From contig OZ076413.1 in assembly GCA_964187785.1 (NCBI GenBank), forward strand, positions 48,858,001 through 48,922,000: a DNA stretch of 64,000 nucleotides, written 5' to 3'. The notes below the pieces were generated by a model that saw nothing but the letters and a program-made list of their open reading frames with translations, made no database searches and was not told the DNA's origin. The stretch comes from Amphiscolops sp. MND2022. Taxonomy: Eukaryota. The number at the start of each line of letters is the position of its first letter. The stretch's first letter is position 1. Positions 12,935 to 25,900 of the stretch are shown here, piece after piece. Position numbers and translations under genes: made by a program.

Positions 12935-13552
12935 AGTTGTCGCTTCATGAAGTGGAACGCGACTATACTAGTGACTTTTTTCAATCCACATGAACTCACC
13001 AAAACAGTTATACCAAAAGTTCTACAAAATTTTGAAAATTTTAAGGGGCCATATTGTACCATTTGACCCAGGGAACTGAAGAAAAATAGTTGTTCCTTTT
13101 TTAGTGTAACATACAAAACTGGACGAAACTAAAAGGTCCCCCTTTCGATTATTTTGACGGCTTTGTGAGACTTTCTCGAAAGTTTTTTAATGTCTCCAAA
13201 GGGCCCCTCCTTCATTTTTCGATATTTTTCAACAAATTTGATGTTTAAAAAGCTTAAAGGGTCCCCCTGTCACTTTTTTCGGAATTCTCACTGTTTCAAA
13301 ATTCTCATTTCTCGTCTGAAATTAGGTTTTCTCGATAAATTTCCGCCAAAAAAATTTCAGTACTATCCGAGTTTTTGAATGTAAGTTGCGATTTACTAAA
13401 GACGAGGACTTTGCGCAAAAAAGCTAGCCCGCCAGTTCGGTCCACCTTTGGATTTTCGGGTACTGTTGAACAGAATACTTGACGCTTTGAAGAACTTCTG
13501 CGATTTTTGAGCCTTAGGTGGTCCGCCGACTTATGTCGTTCCCGTCTTGCTT
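12934..13552 (+). mobile_element. Family A-related Helentron-like element directly abutting the previous one
   Basis: tagttgtcgcttcatgaagtggaacgcgacta start (compare 54738); cgccgactt...gttcccgtcttgctt end. Confidence 0.6.
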
Positions 13553-13941
13553 ATTAAAATCATTCGTAGTTTTGTTGCAATTGCTGATTTTTCAGTGAGC
13601 CCTAAAATCACTTTTTGTTGAAATGTTGATCCAACTTTGTCTGTTGCCCTTGATCAAAGGGTTAATGTAAGTATGGTTTGCCTCGTGGAAAGCTATTGAA
13701 GCCTTATTCTGTCGTTTAGCTTACATCTGTCTCTATTAGACAAGTATCGCTTTCAAGTGCATGTAAATCTTGAAGTAGTTTTTTTTACCAATGAAACACA
13801 AGTGTTTCGACTTTTTATCTGCCGTTCTTCCGAATTTTGTGCCTGTCGATCAATGGTTTTGTTTGATCATCGCCCTTTCGTTGGTTTAGATATAAGTTTG
13901 ATATGTGTCAATACACTACAGGTGTGTTTCCTTTCAGAATT

Positions 13942-16900
13942 ATGGCTTTCCGCTCTAAACCTAAATCTGCTAAATCGCCTCCCATGGACATATCAGCTAT
14001 CCTTAACGACGTAAGTCTTTGCTCTTATCAGCTTGCTAGAGCTTTGGTTGATTTTATGCTAATGAAGACAAAAATTAGCATCACTTACGACAAACGAGGA
14101 AAGAGCTAAATCTGTTAGGAGGGGTGGGAGTGGTGTTAGGCAGTGGTATCTTTACGGGGAAGCAACCGTGCACCCCCTTCTTTGAAAACATTCTACTAAG
14201 TAACTTGATAAGTTGTTGGAACATTTTCAGAAAGAAAGCATTTTTTGTGTGTTTTCTTTTTCGGCAGTGATGGATGTGGTGAAAATCAACGTATTTCGAA
14301 ATTCGAAACTTCATACATTCAAGATTTTTATTGGATAAATATTCAATTGGGCTCCCCCGAAATGCCGCTAGGGGAGACATGGCGCAAAATGTTATGAATA
14401 CCTGGCTTTTTACTTTTCACATACTTAAAATTTGGATGCGCTTTGTGGAGGTTTTCTAGAAGTTTTCTAGAACTAGAAAGCATTGTATTTCTATTTTTGG
14501 CACTCTTGCACTACTAAATTTAGACCATTTTAGACAAATGTCAAGCTATTTTAGACAAGTAAAATCGAAAGTTTTTGGCAACCTTGTCATTATTGGAAGT
14601 CTGATGCTGATTTTCAAAAATCTAGAATACCAATTTATCACCCGTTGCAACAACGTTAAATATGCCGGATAAAATTGGCATCATGCGCGAAACGTTGTTT
14701 TTACGTCTGTGTTCGCTGTTCTTTGCGCAAGTTTTAGTGTTTTTCGCATTTTGTTCTTGGCTTTTTTGCATTTTTGGCCCCTTTTCCAACACAATTTTTG
14801 GTCATACCCGATCGTTATCAGTGTCTCGGTGCATTATAAAACTTTTAGAAATTTCACAATCGATTTCAAGTTTAGATGTTATCTATCAGTGTATCTGATC
14901 ATTGTACCTTTCTTTTTTCTTTTCATAGTAGAGCGAAAAGTGGATGGTAAGTTTGAGACGCAAAGATTGCTGATTAGTATTGTTAGCTTGTAATACTTGT
15001 GAAAATTTGTGAATATCCTGGAAGTGTCTGAAAAGTGTTTGCTAATTACAGGTGAACTCTGTAATGACGGGAGATTTCGACGCCACTACTGGGGAAGATG
15101 ATGGGATCATTGACCCTGAGTTGGAGAGGGAATTGCTGGCCCTGGAGATGGGGGGAGAGTCTGCTGGTAAACGCTCCCGACCCAGTAAACCACAAGCACC
15201 AAAAGGTTACCAGCAGAATTTTTCGGCTTATCACTGAGTTTTTTATGAATATTTGATCGTGTTCGTTATCTAATCTCAAATTTTTCATCGTGTTCATTTT
15301 TAGTCGGCGCTTTTCTTAAAAGAAGAGCCCGACTATGACAGTCACTCGTTTTTTCTTTGTTTTTAAAACAGACTCGAAGCGACGAAATTTTTGTTCAGTT
15401 TGTTCAACTAAACGAATACCTGGGCAACGCATCTAAGTCATCGCAAAGGGTCCCCCTTTCAATTTTTACTTTTTAAACGTGACATACAAAACCGGATGAC
15501 ACTAAAGGGTCCCCCTTTCAATTTTTTTTCGGCGGTTTTCGAAACTTTTTTGTCTTCAAAAGGTGCCCTTTGATTTTATTCAAGTCCCCCTTCGTAATAA
15601 TCGGAGTTAAGCCCTATATCCGAACTTTTGACGTTATATCTGAACTCTATTGTGTTTTAGTAATGAGGAGGCGGAGATTCGGAAACAGGAGTTTTTCATT
15701 AAAATGTTCTACGAATATTTCAAATCTGCGCTTTTTGAGCCTTGGATATAGCGCCGACTTGAAACGTTCCCGTCTTGATCAACTTAACCAAACAGCTGTT
15801 TTATTTTAACCCTAATTAGCATCGCGTTACGTATATGCACCACTCAAGATCTGCAAACTTCTAAAGGCACCAGCCCACCGTATGGTGAAGAAAACTCTTG
15901 AATAAGATTTTCAGAAAAATTACATAGCATTGCACGCATTTTCACGGATTGGTGATTTGATGACCGTTTTTCTTGTTTTCTTGTGTGGCCACTTTATAAC
16001 ACTGTGGACAAGATTAGGTCGAAGGGGCCCTAGCATGTTTTGAAACAAGCTGAACTGCAGCCAGAGACACCACGCGTGCAAAGTTTTGGCGCAAAGTCCG
16101 CAGCCAGTGCGGCGAAGCGGGCCCCCAGTCCCCATCCCAGCAGTTGAATATCAAAGTGAAAGCCCTGATTGTTTTTCGAACGCGCTAAAAATTGTTTGTC
16201 GGACTTGAATAGTTTTGGAGATATTGCGGTTTAAAGTTTAAGCACCAGATTTTTGGTTGCATCCAGAAAATTCCACTTCCATTCCGAGTTAAATACTTTA
16301 TCATCTTTGCTAAAGCAATTTTTGGCTCTGTGCTTTTTTCCCGAAACTTTCATGTGGCTCGCTTCAACTCAAGTCTGGTGTTCGTCGTTTCGCAGAAAGT
16401 TAGATAAAAATAATGTCAATTGATAAGCTTCCATAACTTTCGGCATATCACAGTATGATATCGAAGCGGTCACAACACAAAGATTTACATAATGTTTTAG
16501 TATGTTTATCAAAACAATTAGGCTATTAGGCAATTACGTAATTGACATGTTACATGTACAGTTGAACTTGTTTACAAACAATAATACAAAAGAAACACAA
16601 ATGATTGACGGGTAGGTACGTTCGTTTGGGGTCGTTCATGGTCATGGTAAATAGGGGAAAAGTCTGAGAAAAAGGAAAAAAGGTCGGGTCCCGTCTGGAT
16701 TCTAAGCCGGTTTTCGAACCTCATGGCTTAGGTATTTAACCACTAAACCATGTGGAGTTACATGGTCGAGGTTGAAGGTCAAGGACAATGGGAAAAAGTC
16801 AAAGGTACCCTCCCTCTTTCATACCGGATTTCGGGTTAAGAAAAGGTAGTTTTTTTGAGCTGGAAGCTCATTTTTCGACTTTATAAGACTTTTCCGAAAA

Positions 16901-19900
16901 AAATCGAATAATTTTTTTTTCGATAAGCTGATTTTTGTTCCAGTTGGGGAAAATGTTGTTTTCGAGTCTGCTGCGTGTCCTTCAGGTTTTTTTCGGCACT
17001 AAGAAAGTGATAAAAGTTTAAAAACAGTGTCCTTTGCATATTCAAGAAACTTGAGCGAGGCGCCGTTCTGGGCCGGTCCCGGCTTGTTAGCACTATGAGT
17101 GACAGCATTTTTCTAGGCTTCCGTAGCTTCAGTTACAACTTTTCTTCGTTCGCAGACTTTTTGCAATAAAAAATGAGCTTGTATTACCAACTACACTTTA
17201 AATATAGTATAAGTTTGTTCACCAACTTATCCACAAGCTCCAGAAAAATTTGACACGAATTTCCCTACCTTCCTTACTACAAGTTTATTATTTTCCGACC
17301 CTCATTTTCATTGGGGGAGGAAAATCAAAATCATGATCTGTTTATTTTCCGACCCTCATTTTCAATGGGGGAGGAAAATCATGATCTGTGATTCGTTTTT
17401 TTCCAAATTCTGCCAAAACTCCACTTGACTCCATCCACTTGCTCACTTGCTGCATCCACTTGCTGTCTGCATCCAGAGTGGGGAATAGAATCTTAGAAGG
17501 GGGATAATATCTAATCTTATTCCCCCCTCCCAAAATAACTATGGCTCAGTTGGTGAAGGCGAATAGGGAGGAAAATATCCCGGTGCTTAGCGGGCGTCTT
17601 GTTGATCTAGCATAGTTTATGAGTGTCATTTTGACAAGCGTTTTGAAGTTGTCTCAGAGTCTTCGTTTCAAATTATCATACTGCAGTGATGCTCTATAAA
17701 ATTATTAACCGGTGTCTGCTCGTATTTTATTCGGTACCTAGCGACACGAATTAAGCATATTCAACTGTATTAGCTTTAAAAAGCTAGTATGTATTGTCAA
17801 CTCTAACTTGAGCTGAAAATGAAGGTTTTTGAATAAGTGTAGCGATGTGCAATAACTGCGTTCGATAGAAGTTTCTCAGGTGGCATGACTTGGCGCTTAG
17901 GGTGTCTCAAAACTTCTAACGTTTACGATTCACTTGCCAATAGAAATCCTAGGTGACATTCTCAGTTTCGTGTTACTTCCATTTCAATTACTATAATTTC
18001 TGCGATATAATAGCAGGAATAATAGAAACTGGAAGGAGTTTTTTTCAGCCGAGTTTCTTTGTTAACCGAGTACGTAATGACAAAGATTCAGATATTTTGT
18101 TCGACAGTGAGTATAAGCGTGAGATTTGAATTTCGCAAGTTGCCGACGACAGTTAGTTAATTCAATTCTCGTGCGATGAACTGAGCGAGTGTTAATTATG
18201 CATTGGTACGTCGAATTCATCGAGTGTTAAGTATTCGTTCGCCGAGAGCTTTGCTTGCATTCATATACGAATGCGAAAGTTCGTGTACGCTTAGTAGCTA
18301 TATTTTCTTTAGTCCGAGAAGAATTAAAGGCCGTGTAAACTGGTACAGCGATGAATTGTGCGCTATGCAATGATTTAACAAGAGTGTATACAGTAGCTTC
18401 TAAAATATCGCAACTCCATTGCTTGAAATTGCGATTTTCAAATCCAAATATTTTTAAAACTGGCACAAATACAAAAACTTGTCAGCTACAAAAGTTTCTA
18501 TCTACTTTACAGAATTTTATCTACTTTACAAAAATGTTTGTTTGAAATTTCTGCGACAAAAATTATAAAGGTTAGAAATTTCATCAAATTTCCACTTCTT
18601 GATTTTCACAAAGTTGAATAAATTACTTTGAAAAATTTTCATCCAATCATTTGCCCCCAAATCTCCCGAGGATGCTGATATGATTTGATTGAAAAACTTT
18701 TTCGATTTTAAATAAAAATCATCAATTTTCTAGATGCAATTCTTATAGCCGATCTTAATACAAGTACTTTAGTGCTTATAGACAGAAAATACGGTGCATT
18801 TTTTCTGATTCGAAACGAAATCTCGATCAAAACAATTCAGTAGGTTCGGGAGATTATAGGGAGTCTCCGAATGAGAAAGTATCCAAAAATTTCAATTTTA
18901 AGCCACTCAATTTTCGAAAACTCGAGTTTCAATTAAAATTTTCTAAAATTTGCATTTTCTAACTTTTTCAGTATGGGTCGTAGAAATTTCAAACAAACAT
19001 TTTTGTAAACTAGATAAAATCCTGAGAAACTTTCGTAGCTCGCAAATTTTTGTATTCGTGACAGTGTACAAGATATTTTGCTATTTTAAGCAATGAGGTT
19101 GCGATATTTTAGAACGCTACTGTAGTTATTCCAGATATGCTTCTATTATTGAATATGAAGCCTAAAGCAGAAATAATACTCTGCCCCGCAGAGGTCGTTT
19201 TTCAGTTAGATAACTCTAACTCCAATTGGAATCAGTTTTTCATCCGTTGTAGTTGTAATCGAAATGCGCATTTCTTTTAGGTGTCGGTACTATCGACAAG
19301 TAAACGTTTCGACTGTTGTCTTTCGAAACGAATGAATTTTAATCCGATACTGTCATCGACAGCGCTCGGAATTATTATGCGTTTTTGACCAGAAGTTTTA
19401 GTCCTTCAAAATAAACCGACACTTTAGTCTCAAACATTCAAGTGTCAACATTAATTCTGTCTCGTTGTTCGTTCTTTTGTATTGTTTAAATTGCATTAAA
19501 CAGTCTCTGGAACTCAAAATGTACCATGAACGGCGGCCCAAACCAGCGCTCCGGTTAAGGCTCGAAAAGCGCAACGATGTTCAAAGCACTGTGAGGGCCT
19601 CTTTCGCGAAGATTCATATCGTCTCACAGTGGAAAATCTTGATTTACAAAACGTTGTTTTGTTCTGAGAAGTGAACTGATTTCTGATGAAAGTCAACAAA
19701 GAATGATACAAAAGTTTACAGTGAAGTAGTCATCAATTATTTGGCGCCAAAGCAAAGAAGAGATATTTCATGAGTTGTTCATACACTTATTGAAAGCAGA
19801 AATCTCGATAAAAAGTAGAAGATGCTGTGACTTCTAGCTCAAGAAAATAAATACTTGAGACTCCACCTTTTCATGAGCTGTAAATAGGAACTCATGTCTA

Positions 19901-22900
19901 ACGATTAAAGTTACTATTCTCTCTCTGGGTTGTTATACCACCAGCTATTTCCTTGCTGAACCTCTGAAACTTGACCCTCCCTATGGCTTTAGTCAAAATG
20001 TCCGCTGTCATATTTTCGGTTGGACAGAACTTAACTTCTAAAACCTTCTTGTCTATTTTCTCTTGCAAGAAATGTAGCTTGATGGCGAATTGCTTAACTT
20101 TTTGGGAATTGACAGCGTTTTTAGTCATTGCTATACAAGCCTGATTGGCAACGAAGACAGAACTCGGTAATGCTCATACCAAGCTCTGCACCTAGCTCTC
20201 TCAGAAAAACTAATTCTTGTGTTGCTGCAAAAAGACGTGCTTAGATTCCAATGCTGCCGTCCAGGGTTTTGAACAAACTTACTCAGAGATCTTACGACAA
20301 AAGTTATGTCTGGCCTTGAAGTGTTGGCTAAGTGGTTGAGACTACCAATTTAACCTCTGTAGTTACAACACTTCATTTCTTTTTCTTCTTTACTGCCCTT
20401 TGAAGGACAATCAACACTGCTGATAGGGACTTTCTCTAAAGCTGGGGTAAAAGCAGTTTTCGCGTCGGTCATGCAAAAATTCTCTAGAAGTTTTTCTATG
20501 TAACTTTCTTGTGAGATTTCGATTTGGTTAGCATCTCATCTGATTTGCATACCTAGAAACCAATTGAGATCACTAACGTCGCTTACCAAAAACTTTTTGC
20601 GAAGCGCTACTTCGAATTCCTCGTAAAACTTTTCATCTCTGCTGCAGTAAACCAGATCGTCAACCCAACATGCAACATAATCAGTGACACCCTTACGATG
20701 TCTCAAATATGGGCAAGGATCACTTTTGCTCCCCTTGAATCCAATGCTTGTCGAAAAAACCTCTCAGGGTAAAGAACCAATTTCGTCCCGATTGTTTTAG
20801 TCCGTACAACGATTTTTTCAATTTGCAAACCAAATTCTCGCCGTCTTTCAACACTTCGAAACCTAACGGTTGTTGAACAAAGATTTCTTCGTCTATCTCT
20901 GCGTTGAGATAAGCTGTCTTCACATCTGATTGCTTCAACTTCATGTCTCGTTGTACCGCAAAACTCAGTAAAAATCGAAGAGTCACCATTTTCACTGTGG
21001 GACTATAAGTTTCTTCGAAATCTACGCCTTGTTTTTGATTGAAGCCTCTGGCGACATATCGTGCCTTGTACTTTATAATTTTGCCGTTTCCATCTCGTTT
21101 TAAGGTGAAATGCCATTTTCCGCTAACTAAAGTTTTGTTCTTAGGAAATTTGGTTAACTCACAAACTTTGTTTTTCTCAAGTGACTGAAACTCGTCCTTC
21201 ATAGCTCCATACCATTCCTAAATGGATAACGCTTCTTCAACGGTTTTCGGTACTTCGGGGTCTACGAAACTTGTGTGAAACGACAGTTGATTTTCGAGTT
21301 CAGACGAAAAAGTTTGATTAGCTGTCTCACTAGTACCTGGTTCGTATCTCTCAGGTGGTCTCACTTGCCTTCCGTATCTGGTTCTATTCTCATTTTCTGC
21401 TGATTATGTCAACACATTTCCAACATTTCTGTTCTCAGCTATCTCACGCCCCCTTTCGTCTATCTCTCGAAATTAATGTCATCGTCGTTCGTAAAACTGC
21501 GCCTATGAAAACATTCCGATCCTGGAAAAACTTTCTCGTTGAACGTTACATTTCGGGTTTGCAATGTCTCCAAAAATCCATTCTCAAAACTACCAATCAG
21601 GTAAGTTTTTGAATTGCTACTATAACCTAGCAAAATCCCTGCTTCTGCTCGACTGTCGAACTTTTTCCGTTTCTCTTTCTCTACGAAAGCCAATGCTTTG
21701 CAGCCGAAAACCTTCAGATGGTTTAAATCTGGCGGTTTTCCAAAGAACTTCTCGAATGGTGTCTTACCATGTGAGGAGTGAACTCACCTGTTTTTTATGT
21801 GGAAGGCCGCCCTAATTGCAAAAGACCAAAACGTTTCTACTAAGTTCGCAGTTTTTAACATACATCGCGCCGATGGTAATCCATACTCTTTCAACTTTCC
21901 CATTTTCTTCGGGAGTGTACGTAGCGGTAAACTCTTGACGAATATGGTTTTCCAAACAAACTTCTGCAAACTTACCAAACTTGAATTCTTTCGCGTTATC
22001 GCTCACGATTCTACGTGGCTTCCCTAACTCAGCGAGAAAAAAGTTCTAGTTTCGGTGCAACTTCGTCTTTACTTTTCAGCAAATAGATAGCACCTAACCG
22101 ACTAAAACTATCAACAAAGGCCAAAGCATATTTGAATCCGTCGACTGATTCAATTGGCTCGGGCGAAATGTCAATATGAACTCTTTCTAGAGGTTTCGAT
22201 GCTCGTGTACCTACAGTTTTACATATAGGACTACGTCTCGCTTTTTGAGTGTTACAGACATCACACTCGTCGTCTCTGTCCAGAAATTTCAAACTATCAG
22301 TCTGTTTTGATAGTTTACGAATGTCTATCTTATTGTTATGGCCTAAACGTTCATGCCATAACTGCAGTGTATCTTCAGCAGTGTTGCTTACTTCGAATTT
22401 TGCAGCGCGCAAAAAAAAACAGATTGTTCCGACTTTCTAAAGAGAAACAATCATTTTCAATCTCAATCCTGGGTTTCTCATCAAATATTACTTTCGCCTC
22501 TGCGACGTTCAGTCTTTTGATTGAGATTAAGTTTTTCGAATACTGGGGGACATGCAGAGCATTTTCGAGAGCTACTTTTTGTAATGTTCCGCGACTGTTT
22601 TTGGCGAAAAACTCTATTTTACCTCTACCTTCAACGACGGACTCAGTGCCGTTAGCACAAGATACTTTTCCTTTCTGGGATGTTTCTAGATAACTGAATA
22701 GTTCTATGTCTTTCATCATGTGACTTGTGCAGCCACTGTCTATCAAAAGTTCGAAGTGAGAGCCGTCTTCTCGTTTATCGGACGCGTGAAAAGAAAATCC
22801 GTCCGTATCGTTGAGTTCAGTTGTCAAGTTACCTTCGTTCCGTTTCGTAAAAAACCTTTTTTGTGTTTCCTTATTACGCTTATCAAATGGCTTCTTTTGA

Positions 22901-25900
22901 GCTTTGGGACACGCATTAGCCGTGTGACCTTTGTCACCACATTCGTAACAAACGATCGCAACAGTTTTCGACCGACATTGCGCTTGCTTATGACCGAACT
23001 TGCCGCATTTGAAACACTTCACATCTCTACTGAAATGTGAACTAGAACCTTGATCCGTACCTTTCAGGTTGCTCTCGCTATCAAAATTGAGTAAATCTCT
23101 CTTCAAATCTAGGAAAGACTTTAGCTCGTGTGAAAACTTGAAAACAGTGACAAAGTTCGCGAACTGTTGTGGAAGGCCTTTCAAAACTACCGAACAAAGC
23201 AGTCAACGTAGTCAACGTCAACAAAGTAGTCACGAATACTTTCACTTGAATCGAGTTTCAAGTTTGTCAACTTGTTCAAAAGTTGGTGAATGCGCGGTCT
23301 TTCTTTGCTCTTAAAATAATTTTGGAGTTCACGCCAAGCTGCAGTGCCATTCGGTTTTAGGCACTTTATAAGACTTAACGTCTTCTTATCTAAACATTGA
23401 ACCAATTCGCACCATACTTCGAACTGCTTTTCTTTCAGTTTTTCACTCTCAGTTGCAAAGTTTTTCGGCTTCTGTTGCCGGCAAAGTTTCAGTGTCCAAC
23501 AACACACTTCTTAGCTTGAGCAAATGAAGCCGAGCTTCAAATCGTTCCGCGAAATATTCAAAATCTTCATCCTTACCAGAAAACATTAAAGTTTCGAGTT
23601 TAGAATGCACTGTCCTGGTCGAAGTGGCCATCTTAGCGGTAGTTTTCTCAACGTAACGTGAATTTTTCAAGGTTTTGTTTTACACTGATTTCTATACTCA
23701 CTATTTAGTCCTTTTCGCTAAACACCTAAACCTTGTGAATCCTGAACCTCGTGAATTGTGTTCTAGTGGAATTGTTTCTAAGAACGCACTGCAATCACGC
23801 AAAAGAGACCTTATCCGAAAAATGCAAATGACAGACCTCCTGAAACCTATTTCAGAATCAACTCATTCGAATACTGACTGTTGGCCAAGCTGTGCTTTAG
23901 CTACAGCAGTTATGCGTGGAATGCATACCTTTCAAGAGCAAAGCATCCTCACAAAAAAGGAGTCAAACTGTCTGTCTGTAAATTATAGACTAAGGAAGTT
24001 TTTCTAAGACGGTCCTACTAACTGTCTTAAATCCCCCCAAAATTTCTTACTTTGAAAACTTGCTATGTGTTGTCTCTCAACTCAACTCCACTCTAACTTG
24101 ACTCAGACTAGCAAAAACAGCAGCTATAAATAAGAGCACCAAAAAAAGAAAGAAGAAAAGAGGAGTTTCAGTTCAAGTTTTCAGAGTTACTTGTAACACT
24201 CGCAAGATTGCTTCCTCGAGGACTGTTAACTTCTGCTGCAAATTGACACTGCTCAAAAAAACGTCGTAGCCACGCTGAACCCTCACTGGCACCCACTGTG
24301 ACTCCACTGCTAGTCCATGGCAAATCCATCTTCGTCCCACTTCAACATCTAGTGGTCATCGCTGTTCAGCAAAAGTTGCACAACAGTCTACGTTGTTGGT
24401 CTCAGAGCGCACAAACATCCAACTTCTTCGGCAAAGAAGTCTTAGTTATTTTTGTTGCAAGAAGCGTGAAAGTTTTCCATAACCTCTTGTTTTCCAAAAC
24501 GTTGTTTTGTTCTGAGAAGTGAATTGATTTTAGATGAAAGTCAACAAAGAATGAACAAAAGTTCACAGTGAAGTAGTCAACAATATTTGGCGCCAAAGCA
24601 AAGAAGAGATATTTCATGAGTTGTTCATACACTTTTCGAAAGCAGAAATCTCGATAAAAAGTAGAAGATATACATGCAATGACTTCCAGCTCAAGAAAAT
24701 AAATACTTGATACAAAATAAATTGAGAAGATACCTTTTGCATTTTTTCGCTCTCATCATTGCAAAACATCGAAGCATTTCGAAGGTGAACCCTTATGAAG
24801 CATAAAAATGTCTGTGGAAACTTTTTAACGGTGTCGAAACAGTAACTATACGGGATCGTTCTGAAGCTGAAAGGCGCTTTTTTATTATTCTCCGGCGTGC
24901 AGAAAAAAATCACATAATTCGAAAAGCTTTCTCCCTATTTTGAAACGCTGAGTTTTTCGAATGTTGCACTGTCCCGAAAAATGCGAAGTGAGCCCTCTAG
25001 GCTCTAAAAACTTTTTCATTACTGAAGACACCAAAAATTCCAAAAGGGACCCTCTAGTGAAATGAACTTTGTTGCGAAAAAATTTACACAGTGCCGGAAG
25101 TTTTCTTCGAGTCTACTTTTTGAATGAAATACGCCTGCTAAAAATGGAGCTTTGTATCTTCTAGTTCCATAAATTAACCTGTTATCCAATTTTGCTAAAG
25201 AGAAAGTAGGCTGACAAATTGTGTACTGAATGCATACGTCATGTATGAACAAGCCGAGACCGCCCCGCTGAAGATTCTTGAATATACAAAGGGCACTGTT
25301 TTTAAACTTTTATTACTTTCTCAGTGCCGAAAAATACCCCAAAGGATACAAAGAAAATTCGGAAACAACATTTTCCCCAACTGGAACAAAATCAACTTTT
25401 CGAAAAAAAAATGTGTCGATTTTTTTCGGAAGTCTCCTACTGCCGAAAATAGAACTTTCAGCTCAAAAAACAATGAAAGGGACCCTTTTGTAACATTGAA
25501 TAGTTCTCCAGGTAACTTTATATCCGGTTTACGTTATATCCGAAATTCGTTATGTCCCGTTTTCAGTAAATCCGGTATAGGTTGTTTTATTGTCGAAGGG
25601 GACTCCTTTACAGCTCAAATGCAGTATGTAGATGGCCAAAAGGGACTTTGCCAAAATTGAAGTAGAACTTTTGGTAGAACTATTTTAGACAGTTCAGGTG
25701 CATCAAAAAAAAACACTGACGAAAAGCCATGACTATAGTCGACTCTTTTCTTAAGAAATGCGCAGACTAAAAATACTTCATACTATAAGAAAATACTGTG
25801 TATTTTAGTATACATGCGTTTCTTTAGAAGTGTTGAAATTTGAAACAATGAAAATACTGCAAAATTTTTGACAGCTTCTGCCATCTGTATTCGGCATAAA

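Noticed and set aside
12432..13378. F/K-rich ORFs of 60-135 aa here and at 9270, 25241, 53430 and 57907
   Set aside because: They arise from A/T runs in non-coding elements; frames are not conserved between copies.
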